Origin: an uncultured Desulfovibrionales bacterium
GTDB lineage: Bacteria; Desulfobacterota; Desulfovibrionia; Desulfovibrionales; Desulfonatronovibrionaceae
Length of the DNA stretch: 64,000 bases
Direction of reading: 5' to 3'
Assembly (NCBI GenBank): GCA_964577315.1
Contig: CAZNYT010000004.1
Span: 2,482-66,481, forward strand
The notes under the pieces: model-generated
Told to the model about the DNA's origin: nothing
The model's database searches: none
Seen by the model: the letters and a program-made list of their open reading frames with translations, nothing else
Shown here: positions 54,784 to 62,663 of the stretch, piece after piece
Layout: the number at the start of each line of letters is the position of its first letter
Numbering within the stretch: position 1 is the stretch's first letter
Program-made: the position numbers and the translations under genes

Positions 54784-56175
54784 CTATTTCCAGGAGTGAA
54801 ACACCTCGGTCTCATCCTCCCAAGTGTCCCATAGAAAAGCCTCTTCTCTACCTTCGGATATCAGGCGGAAGGCATAGCGCACCTGTTCCTCGAAAAAGGA
54901 ACAGTAAGGGCTGGGGGTATTCAGTCCCCCGCAGGACATGTAGGTTTCAGCTGGACAGGGAGAGCCACAGAAGTGGCGGATGGCGCATGTATAGCAGGGT
55001 GTGATATTCTCCACTTTCCTCTCGGTTACCGCAGTGAAGGGTTCTGAGGCCAGTATGGTTTCCGGGTCCCGCTCAAATATGTTGCCCCCAAAGAATCGAT
55101 CCAAGCCGATGAATTCGCTGCACGGAACCGCTTGTCCGTCCGAGGCCACTGCAAAAAAGCAGCGTCCTCCCCCGCAGGGAGAGATGTCACACATGAGCCT
55201 GCGCCCGGTGGGGCCGATGATTCCGGCCAGGGCATTTGCGAAGTTGGCTATCACGAGCTTGCGCCCGGTCTTTTGATAAAGCTGGTAGCTGCGCTCCAGG
55301 GCACGAATGAATTCTCGGGCCAAAACCTGATTGTCCGGCTTGAGATCCGTGCCTCCCTGGCGGGTGCAGCGCACTGGATTCATCATGACCACGCCCACTC
55401 CAAGCTCATGGTAGAAATCCACCATGTCCTCAAGGTCGTACACGTTCTCCCTGGTCACAGTGGTGATCACGTTCAGGGCCGGGTAATCCTTGAGCTTGTA
55501 AAGAACCTCGTGAACCCGGTCAAATACACCCTGGTTGCCCCAATTTTTTCGGATTCTGTCCGATACCAGGGCCCTGGGACCGTCCAGGGATAGCCCCACC
55601 CCAACTTCATGGCGTTTCAAGAACGCAATGGACTCATCGTCCAGCAAAGTCCCGTTGGTCTGGATTCCGAAGTGAAAGTCCCCGGAATAACGCTCTATGG
55701 CGTCGAACACGGCCTCCTTGGCCAGCAAGGGCTCACTGCCGTGAAAGATGAGTTGGGGGGTAGCTTCCGGGGGCAATGATCGGTTGAAGTAGGCCTTGAG
55801 TTTTTCCAGGGCACGCAAGAGATCCCGGGATTGCATATCGCGGCCGTTTCGGCGCATCTCCTCCGGGAGGTAGCAGTAGCTGCAATTCAGGTTACATCGC
55901 TCGGTGGGATTCAAATAAACTGCCGAGGGTTTAAGCCCGCTGCGCAAGTGCTCCATGTCCTGGGCGAAATCCCGGGATTTGGCTTCAAATTGCCTGATTA
56001 TATCCCCGCTCAGGGCCTGATCCAGGCTGCTGCGCTCCACTAGGGCCCAAAAAGCGGTCTCTGGTTCCACCACTGCCACTCGATCCGGGCTGCCGAACTC
56101 CAGAACAGCAAAACCGGGGCCGTACCCGGTGTTGGCGTAAAGGCCCCGGTTGGGTGATGTGTCTCCCTGGTACAT
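54784..56175 (-). CDS. Radical SAM enzyme with C-terminal SPASM-type auxiliary cluster domain (peptide-maturase type)
   Basis: 463 aa. Radical SAM motif ERCNLNCSYCY at about residue 95. The C-terminal Cys-rich region has CDISPCGGGRC, VPCSEF, PCYTCAIRHFCGSPCPAE and CGG...SPYC. Its ATG overlaps the stop of a 42-codon ORF. Confidence 0.88.
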   Translation of the reverse strand: MYQGDTSPNRGLYANTGYGPGFAVLEFGSPDRVAVVEPETAFWALVERSSLDQALSGDIIRQFEAKSRDFAQDMEHLRSGLKPSAVYLNPTERCNLNCSYCYLPEEMRRNGRDMQSRDLLRALEKLKAYFNRSLPPEATPQLIFHGSEPLLAKEAVFDAIERYSGDFHFGIQTNGTLLDDESIAFLKRHEVGVGLSLDGPRALVSDRIRKNWGNQGVFDRVHEVLYKLKDYPALNVITTVTRENVYDLEDMVDFYHELGVGVVMMNPVRCTRQGGTDLKPDNQVLAREFIRALERSYQLYQKTGRKLVIANFANALAGIIGPTGRRLMCDISPCGGGRCFFAVASDGQAVPCSEFIGLDRFFGGNIFERDPETILASEPFTAVTERKVENITPCYTCAIRHFCGSPCPAETYMSCGGLNTPSPYCSFFEEQVRYAFRLISEGREEAFLWDTWEDETEVFHSWK

Positions 56176-56303
56176 TATTGCTTCCCGGCCTCTTTTTTAG
56201 CGGTTTTTTTCTTAGGGGTAAGCATGATGTAATGAGAGAGACCGGTTCCCTGACCATTGGAGCTGCACCTGCGCCGGTAGGAAATAACGTTTTCCTGTTT
56301 CAT
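56175..56303 (-). CDS. 42-aa peptide, candidate precursor or substrate of the adjacent radical SAM/SPASM enzyme
   Basis: Hand translation: MKQENVISYRRRCSSNGQGTGLSHYIMLTPKKKTAKKEAGKQ. AGGAGG lies 7 nt upstream of the ATG at 56303, and the stop/start overlap with the rSAM gene is TAATG. The 70-codon version in the track would begin inside the riboswitch terminator and is rejected. Confidence 0.65.
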   Translation of the reverse strand: MKQENVISYRRRCSSNGQGTGLSHYIMLTPKKKTAKKEAGKQ

Positions 56304-56336
56304 GTTGTTCCTCCTTTCAGGTTTTTTGGTGTGCAC

Positions 56337-56374
56337 AAAAAAACCCGGAGCAACCCACGAAAGGCTACTCCGGG
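56337..56374 (-). terminator. Riboswitch expression platform: intrinsic terminator
   Basis: Minus strand: CCCGGAG-tagcctttcgtgggttg-CTCCGGG followed by TTTTTTT. It sits between the aptamer and the peptide RBS. Confidence 0.8.
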
Positions 56375-56409
56375 TTCCCGTTGCCATAAGAAATCCCGGC
56401 AGGCATTTT

Positions 56410-56564
56410 TCATTAGGTCTTCTGGCTCTCGGATCCTCTGTCTACCTGCGGCCTTCCCTCCAGGGTAGGCCCTGAAAGTGGCCCGGCTTGAACCGATGCA
56501 GGCAGGCATCCCCGATCACAGCGGCGGGACCGCCACGGATTTGCACCGTGTTCCGGGTTAATGA
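56410..56564 (-). promoter_or_regulatory. Cobalamin (B12) riboswitch aptamer
   Basis: The minus strand reads UCAUUAACCCGGAACACGGUGCAAAUCCGUGGCGGUCCCGCCGCUGUGA ... GGGCCACUUUCAGGGCCUACCCUGGAGGGAAGGCCGC ... GAGCCAGAAGACCUAAUGA. It contains the conserved GGUG.AAAUCC...CCCGCC.CUGU core, the GCCACU/GGGAAGGC elements, a B12 box (AGCCAGAAGACCU) and a closing helix UCAUUA/UAAUGA. Confidence 0.85.
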
Positions 56565-56637
56565 AAAATACATGCTTTTTTTCTTGAAACCATTTCCAAG
56601 CCTTGTTGTCAAGTTTAAATTCAGGTTGGTGAGTATT

Positions 56638-56741
56638 ACTATAACGAGACTTGGCTCTGTAACTACGGCTCTATAAACCGCCTTACTATTATGACAGCAA
56701 CTCTTTCCCTCTGGCCTCTGGATAATAAGTTTCGTTGTAGT
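56638..56741. repeat. Repeat family 2, short copy (~104 bp)
   Basis: The reverse complement reads ACTACAACGAAACTTATTATCCAGAGG...AGTTGCTGTCATAATAGTAAGGCGGTTTATAGAGCC...AAGTCTCGTTATAGT. It shares both arms with the element at 48895-49185. Confidence 0.8.
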
Positions 56742-56752
56742 ATGTGGCACAG

Positions 56753-56790
56753 AAAAAACCCCAGCCCTCTGTTTCAAGGAGCCGGGGTTT
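56753..56790 (-). terminator. Intrinsic terminator ending the yeeE-tusA-orf162 unit
   Basis: Minus strand: AAAACCCCGGC-tccttgaaacagag-GGCTGGGG followed by TTTTTT, about 50 nt after the stop at 56839. Confidence 0.7.
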
Positions 56791-56838
56791 TGCTTATCCA
56801 GACATTTGCGTGGGTATCAGGGTGAGATTTGTTTGTTT

Positions 56839-57327
56839 TCAGCCAGTTTGGCTGGAAAACAGTTTTTCTGCTTTACTTAGAACCTTTTCCCGGATGTTCT
56901 CATCCAGGGAGTGCTTGAGGATGAGTAGGGTGATTGCCTCTCTCAAAAGCTCGGCTTCATCCTTGTTCTCGTTTTCCGGAACCTGGGTGAGTGTGCTGAA
57001 TATCTCGTATACATCCGGGGTGAGCGTGGTGCAAACCTCCTGGGAGGGCTGCTCCTTGGCTTCGGTTTTTTCATCAATGGTTTTTTGGTCCTCGCCCTCT
57101 TCAACCTCTGGAAGCCGCTGCAAAAGATTGTAGCACTCCATGATTTTGTCCATGCACTGCTGGCGGAAATACCATGCCCCCAAGGTCCTGATTACATTCC
57201 TGGTTGCCTGTATTTGGTCCGGGGGCAGATCCTTGCCCATCACCTTTTTGGCGGACTCCAGAGCGCTGTCGTAGCAATCACAGCGGGTTGAAACTATGGC
57301 TGAGGCCAAGTCCTTATCCATGCCCAT
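56839..57327 (-). CDS. Hypothetical acidic protein (162 aa) co-oriented with tusA and yeeE
   Basis: ORF with Cys pairs (TRCDCYDS, QQCMDKIMEC) and an acidic low-complexity centre. No family recognised. Confidence 0.55.
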   Translation of the reverse strand: MGMDKDLASAIVSTRCDCYDSALESAKKVMGKDLPPDQIQATRNVIRTLGAWYFRQQCMDKIMECYNLLQRLPEVEEGEDQKTIDEKTEAKEQPSQEVCTTLTPDVYEIFSTLTQVPENENKDEAELLREAITLLILKHSLDENIREKVLSKAEKLFSSQTG

Positions 57328-57374
57328 GGCTTACTCCTTGAATATTGGATGGTGCATGTGCTTGTTTTGTATCA

Positions 57375-57620
57375 CTATCCCTTTTTGATGAAGTACACGG
57401 TTTTGCCGTCTTCAGTATCGTACATGCCCAAGAATTCGTTCCCGTCCTTGTTCCCGTAGTCCGGGAGATCGTTCTTGGAGCCGGGATCAGTGCCGATGAT
57501 CTGCAGGACCTGCCCGCTCTCCAATTCCTTCATGGCTTTCTTGGTTCTTAGCAGGGGCATGGGGCAGCTCAGCCCGCTGGCATCCAAAACCTGATCCGGG
57601 TTGATGGTGGAAACGTCCAT
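57375..57620 (-). CDS. tusA: TusA/SirA-like sulfurtransferase
   Basis: 81 aa with the conserved DASGLSCPMPLL (CPxP) motif. Confidence 0.88.
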   Translation of the reverse strand: MDVSTINPDQVLDASGLSCPMPLLRTKKAMKELESGQVLQIIGTDPGSKNDLPDYGNKDGNEFLGMYDTEDGKTVYFIKKG

Positions 57621-57648
57621 AATGAACCTCCTTTATTGTTTTTAATGG

Positions 57649-58851
57649 TTAGAAAGCTACAAATTTTTCGGTTTTCTCGTTCCAGATGGCCCAGAGAGCC
57701 CAGAGCAAGGGAATGAGAATAAAGATCACCATGGAAAGGGGCCAGCCAAAGACATCAGGCATGAAAGTGCCCGAGCCCAGCCTGTCCGCTATTTCAAAAT
57801 GGTGCAGGGCAGTGTAGGTAAGGGAATTGGACAGGGCCATGAAGATCACTGCGATGATGATCTTGATGTGGCCCTCGCCTAGTCTCCACAAAGTACCCGA
57901 GCCGCATCCACCAGCAAGCAGCATTCCCACACCGAAGATAATACCTCCTATGAGGCTGCCCAGCCAGAAGGGATGAAATACCCCCACCTCGGGCGGCACA
58001 AGCCAGTTGTATTTGATAATCGCTGAAGCCATGCCGTAGACAATCAGGCTGAGTGCCACCGCTCGAACCATGGTGGCGTCCCCGGTCATGAAGGGCTCCC
58101 GGAAGGCTCGGGCCATACAGAAACGGGAGCGGTGCATGGTTAATCCGATTAGAGCGCCCAGGAACAAAAGCCCACCTTCAGTAGTTTGTCCCTGCACTGC
58201 ATACAAGTAAAATGCCAACACCAAGAGCACAGCCAGAATGCCTCCGGCATAAGGAGAAACCTTGGACCAGTTGATCAGCGGCTCTCGGGGCATTTCCCGG
58301 GAAGAAGGCGGGGCAGAGGCCTGTTGGGGAATGTTCATCATCTCCCATATCAAATAGCGCAGTCCCAGGTAAGCCCCGATACCCAGACCGATCATCATGG
58401 CGTAGCCTCCCATGGAGAACATGCCCACAGGGCTGTAGAATCCGCCTATGTTGCATCCAAAGGCAAATCCGGCGCCTATGCCCATTAATGCACCGCCTAC
58501 TGCGCCTTTGGCGTATTCGTACCAGGACGAGGATCTTATCTTGAATTGACCAGCCAAGAGGGCAGAGCTCAAGGCTCCCAAAACCAGCCCGATATTGGTC
58601 AGGGAAAGGTGGCTCATCCAAGGGGAGAGTTCCGGGGATTGGTTATAGATGCCCACGGAGTACAAGATCCAGTCACCCCAGTTGCGCATGCCTCCGATGA
58701 TTCCCCACATGGCTTCACCCCATAGCAAGATCATCACGGCCAGGAAGGCCAGAAAAATGCCTGCCAGCCACATGGGCCAGTTTTGCTGGAATACCAGAAT
58801 GAAATTTTTTCGGGCTTCCTCGCGGATGTTGCTCCAAAAAGTAGTTGCCAC
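57649..58851 (-). CDS. yeeE: YeeE/YedE-family sulfur-compound (thiosulfate) transporter
   Basis: 400-aa polytopic protein with duplicated sulphur-transport repeats containing conserved Cys (FGCNIGG, GGCGSG). GTG start after AGGAG. It is paired with tusA as in the known YeeE-YeeD/TsuA-TsuB systems. Confidence 0.85.
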   Translation of the reverse strand: MATTFWSNIREEARKNFILVFQQNWPMWLAGIFLAFLAVMILLWGEAMWGIIGGMRNWGDWILYSVGIYNQSPELSPWMSHLSLTNIGLVLGALSSALLAGQFKIRSSSWYEYAKGAVGGALMGIGAGFAFGCNIGGFYSPVGMFSMGGYAMMIGLGIGAYLGLRYLIWEMMNIPQQASAPPSSREMPREPLINWSKVSPYAGGILAVLLVLAFYLYAVQGQTTEGGLLFLGALIGLTMHRSRFCMARAFREPFMTGDATMVRAVALSLIVYGMASAIIKYNWLVPPEVGVFHPFWLGSLIGGIIFGVGMLLAGGCGSGTLWRLGEGHIKIIIAVIFMALSNSLTYTALHHFEIADRLGSGTFMPDVFGWPLSMVIFILIPLLWALWAIWNEKTEKFVAF

Positions 58852-58947
58852 GGCCGGACTCCTTTGGTTTTCTTGGTTCCATTGGCCAGTTCGTGAATCA
58901 ACAACAGGTGTCTATCGTGGTGACCTCCTGAATTGGTATGTTATTAA

Positions 58948-58962
58948 GCAACCTTTGTGCCA
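58948..58962 (-). promoter_or_regulatory. Sigma-54 promoter (-24/-12) for yeeE-tusA
   Basis: The minus strand reads TTGGCACAAAGGTTGCTT, that is TGGCAC-N5-TTGC, matching the RpoN consensus. It lies about 95 nt upstream of the yeeE start. Confidence 0.75.
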
Positions 58963-59247
58963 AGTTTTTTTGGGGATCAGGTTCCGGTGTTGAAAGGGTG
59001 TGAGCCTTGGAAGGCGTAGAAAAGTTTATGGATTTGTTGTTGATTATTTAATCGGGTGCTTAAACAACTGTCAACAACAGAAAAGAGCTATGTGTTTTTT
59101 GGCTGCAGCAAAACTATTATATCCGTGCGAGGACACGTATTGTGAGCATGAAGATGTTTACCCCGCACCTGGTAATTGATTTAAGGCCAAGGATGGCAAG
59201 GATTGTTATCTGGGCAGTGTGATTGTCAAAACTGCAGATTTTCCATA

Positions 59248-60459
59248 CTATACCATTCCCACCATATCCCACATGGGAAGGAAAATGGCCATGGCAAAAA
59301 AGCCCACCATCCCGGCCAGACACAGAACCAGGACTGGACCTATAAGTTCGGACATTCGGCTGACAGCGAATTCTACTTCGTCATCGAAATGATTGGAAAC
59401 ATCCCTGAGCATTTCATCCAAGTTGCCGGATTCCTCTCCTATGGCCACCATGTTCACCACCAAGGGGGGAAAAAGTTTGGATTGACCCAAGGGTCCTGAT
59501 ATTCCACGGCCTTGGCGCAATTCTTCTTGGACTCGCTCGAATTCCCTGGAGATCACCTTATTTCCAATGGTTCCGGAGAGAACGTTTAGGGATTGCAGAA
59601 CTGAAACCCCGCTGGCATGCAGAATAGCAAAGATGGAAGCGAATCTGGACATGGCAGCTTTTTGTAACACCACTCCCAAGAGCGGCAGCTTGAGCAGGAA
59701 GTAATCCTTGTTGTATTGTCCGACTTCGGTTTTGGTGTAAAAATAAATCCCAGCTATAACAGCAGCTAGCAAGCTTAAGGTTACAGGCCAGTATATCACT
59801 ATCCACTCGTATAGCACAATGCTGATCCTGGTAGGCAAGGGCAGGTCCAGTCCAGCTCCTTCAAAAATATTTATGAATTGGGGAATGACAAAGGTTAAAA
59901 GGAACAAAAAGGCCCCGGCCAGAACCACCAGGACTATAATGGGATAGGTGAGGGCGCTCTTAATATCGGATTTAACCTTGTGCTCGTGTTGCATGAGATA
60001 GATGAGGCGGTCCATAACATCCACCATCCTGCCGCTATCCTCGCCGGCCCGAATCATGCTGCAGAACAGTGAGGGAAAAATCCTGGGGTTGTTTTCAAAA
60101 GCCTCTGCCAAAGATTTGCCTGCCTGTACGTCCTCGCGCATGCGGGCAGCTGCTTTTTTCAAACGTGGGTTTTCGGTTTGATCCTGCAGGATTTCCAATA
60201 TACTGGTTATGGGCAGACCTGCTTTCAAAAGAGTTTTCATTTGTTTGGAAAAGATGAGCAGTTCCGGCAGCTTGACGCGGGTTAGGAATTGGGTGATGCT
60301 TTTTGTCCAATCTTCGCCCAAAACACTCCCGGCTTTTACGTTCTGGGGTATGAGCCCTTGACTGGCTAGTTTTTCTTGAGCTTCCTCAGGGGTTCCTGCT
60401 TCAATGGCTCCGGAAACCGTGTTCCCTGCCGAATCTATGGCTTTATAGTTGTATTGCAT
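59248..60459 (-). CDS. Type II secretion / type IV pilus platform protein (GspF/PilC family)
   Basis: 403 aa with two T2SSF repeats and 3 TM segments. It overlaps the upstream ATPase gene by 1 nt. Confidence 0.88.
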   Translation of the reverse strand: MQYNYKAIDSAGNTVSGAIEAGTPEEAQEKLASQGLIPQNVKAGSVLGEDWTKSITQFLTRVKLPELLIFSKQMKTLLKAGLPITSILEILQDQTENPRLKKAAARMREDVQAGKSLAEAFENNPRIFPSLFCSMIRAGEDSGRMVDVMDRLIYLMQHEHKVKSDIKSALTYPIIVLVVLAGAFLFLLTFVIPQFINIFEGAGLDLPLPTRISIVLYEWIVIYWPVTLSLLAAVIAGIYFYTKTEVGQYNKDYFLLKLPLLGVVLQKAAMSRFASIFAILHASGVSVLQSLNVLSGTIGNKVISREFERVQEELRQGRGISGPLGQSKLFPPLVVNMVAIGEESGNLDEMLRDVSNHFDDEVEFAVSRMSELIGPVLVLCLAGMVGFFAMAIFLPMWDMVGMV

Positions 60460-62162
60460 TAAACCATCACCACGGACAGCGCTTCCTCAGCCGTAGTCAA
60501 CCCTTGGCAGACCTTGCGGGCAGCGTCTTGGCGCAAAGTATTCATTTTTCCGGATTGGGTTAGGTGTTTGCTTATTTCCCGAGCGGAAAATTGGCGCATT
60601 ATCATATCTTGGACCTCGTCATCTACCCTAAATACTTCAAAGACTGCTACACGACCCTTGTAACCGGTGTCCAGACATTTTTGGCAGCCCTTGCCCTGGA
60701 GGAAGTTGCATCCTGAGTTGTTGTCCAGGCCCAGGGCCTGCATTCCTTGTTGGGACGGCTCATAAGGACGGGCGCAGTTGGAACATACCCGGCGCATAAG
60801 GCGCTGTGAGAATGAGACCAAGAGCCCCGAGGAAATCAGAAAAGGTTCTATTCCCATTTCCATGAGTCTGGTCACAGTACCAGTGGCATCGTTAGTATGT
60901 AGTGTGGATAATACTCTGTGACCGGTCATGGCGGCTTGGATGCCTATACTGGCGGTTTCAGCGTCCCGCATTTCACCCACCAAGATTACATCCGGGTCTT
61001 GTCGGAGTATGGAACGTATTCCTGAGGCAAATGTCATGCCGGCCCTGGTGTTGAGCTGAATTTGTCTTATCCCTTCCACCCGGTACTCCACTGGATCTTC
61101 AAGGGTGATGATGTTGATATCCGGCTGGTTTATACGTTGCAGTATTGCATACTGGCTAGTGGTTTTGCCACTTCCTGTAGGCCCTGTGGAAAGGATCATG
61201 CCGTGGGGCTTGTTGATGGCGTCCTTGATTTTCTCCAGATCATCATCGTACATTCCTAGCTCTTCCAAGGCAAAGGTGCGTGCGCTCATATCCAGGAGCC
61301 TAAGCACCATGTTCTCACCGTAAATTGTAGGTATGCACGAGGCCCGGATATTGATTTCCCGGTGTCCCATTCTGACAGTGAATCTTCCCTCTTGCGGCAC
61401 CCGGGTTATAGAAATATCCATATTAGCCAGGACTTTTATCCTGGAAATCAAGGCAAAAATCATTTCCTTTGGGGGTGAAGGTACCTCTCTCAATCTGCCG
61501 TCTATTCTAAACCTGGTCTGGACCCTGTTTTTTTCCGGGCTAATGTGTACATCGCTAGCTCCTTGTTTTACTGCCTGCACCAGGATGGAATTGACCAGCT
61601 TGATTGCCGGGGCCTGGTTCCCTTCTTCTTCCAGGGAGCTTACATCGTAGCTTCTTTGCAATTCTTCTTCATGACTGTGATAAGCGGTAAATTCCTGGTC
61701 CAGGCTCTCCATTATCTCGTCCATGGCCCAATATGGACCGTATAGAGCGCTAAAAGCATGCTCAAAATCTGCTTCTGTGCATACGACGGGCTCGATTTCC
61801 TTGCCAGAAGAAATTTCCAAAGCATCCAAGGCGTCTATGTCCAAGGGATCCGGAGTAGCTACTCTGAGAAGATTTCCGGTCTTGGCTACGGGTAGGGCTT
61901 TGTATTGCTTTGCGGTTTCAGGAGAAATGATTTCGGATAAGCTCATATCCACTGGGTACCTGGAGGGGTCGTAGCGATCGATGCGCAGTTGGCGACACAA
62001 CATGTCCACAATATCTTCTTCTCTACAGATATTCTTTTGGACCAGATATTCTCCCAACTTGAGATTAGAGCCTTGCTTTTCTCGCATGGCTTTTTGAATT
62101 TGATCCTCATTCAATAAGCCTTCCTGAATAAGCATTTCACCCAATCGTAGTTTTTTGCGCAT
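60459..62162 (-). CDS. Type II secretion / type IV pilus assembly ATPase (GspE/PilB family)
   Basis: N-terminal T2SSE_N/MshEN-like domain (LGEMLIQEGLLNEDQI), Walker A GPTGSGKTT, Asp and His boxes, and tetracysteine CSNC...CQKC. The start is trimmed to the ATG at 62162 after AGGGG. Confidence 0.9.
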   Translation of the reverse strand: MRKKLRLGEMLIQEGLLNEDQIQKAMREKQGSNLKLGEYLVQKNICREEDIVDMLCRQLRIDRYDPSRYPVDMSLSEIISPETAKQYKALPVAKTGNLLRVATPDPLDIDALDALEISSGKEIEPVVCTEADFEHAFSALYGPYWAMDEIMESLDQEFTAYHSHEEELQRSYDVSSLEEEGNQAPAIKLVNSILVQAVKQGASDVHISPEKNRVQTRFRIDGRLREVPSPPKEMIFALISRIKVLANMDISITRVPQEGRFTVRMGHREINIRASCIPTIYGENMVLRLLDMSARTFALEELGMYDDDLEKIKDAINKPHGMILSTGPTGSGKTTSQYAILQRINQPDINIITLEDPVEYRVEGIRQIQLNTRAGMTFASGIRSILRQDPDVILVGEMRDAETASIGIQAAMTGHRVLSTLHTNDATGTVTRLMEMGIEPFLISSGLLVSFSQRLMRRVCSNCARPYEPSQQGMQALGLDNNSGCNFLQGKGCQKCLDTGYKGRVAVFEVFRVDDEVQDMIMRQFSAREISKHLTQSGKMNTLRQDAARKVCQGLTTAEEALSVVMV

Positions 62163-62663
62163 GATGAGCCCCTGATTACAGTTTCTTGGCACCCAAATTG
62201 AGCTGTTCTAAGCAGCAACCATTGTTATGAGGTGTTTTTTGTTGAGGTTGCGCTTAGCTTGCATTATTTGAAAAAATCGATTCACCCCAGATTGGCATGG
62301 AAAATTAGCATAGCGCACATGTCAAGTAAACTGCCGGGTATAAGAACAGATAAACCGCCGGGTACGTCTATTTCCTGGAAGCCACGAGCGAGGGGTGCCT
62401 ACTTTTTTCATGATTTTCCGGTGGCAAACACTGTGGTTGGTAAAACTTGCTTATATAAGCTATCAAATCAATATCCTGATCCTTCTAGTCAAATTCTAGA
62501 CTCAACATCCCAAAACGAAAAACTCTTGCAGAAACCATTTCGTTTTCATGTCTGGCAAGCATAGAATTGGCAGGATATTTTTCCTCATGATGTGGCAGAA
62601 TTTTTCAGAATGCATGCTTTCAAAAGTTGACTTCACTTCAGTACTCCCGCATATTTAGTTTGT

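Noticed and set aside
56175-56777. Track ORFs of 70, 69 and 111 aa overlapping the riboswitch region
   Set aside because: They run through the B12 aptamer and its terminator and lack ribosome-binding sites. Only the 42-codon version starting at 56303 has an AGGAGG and lies downstream of the terminator.
62232-62564. 110-aa plus-strand ORF in the gspE/pseudopilin divergent region
   Set aside because: It has no RBS and an odd composition, and it occupies what must be the promoter region for both divergent units. It is treated as non-coding.
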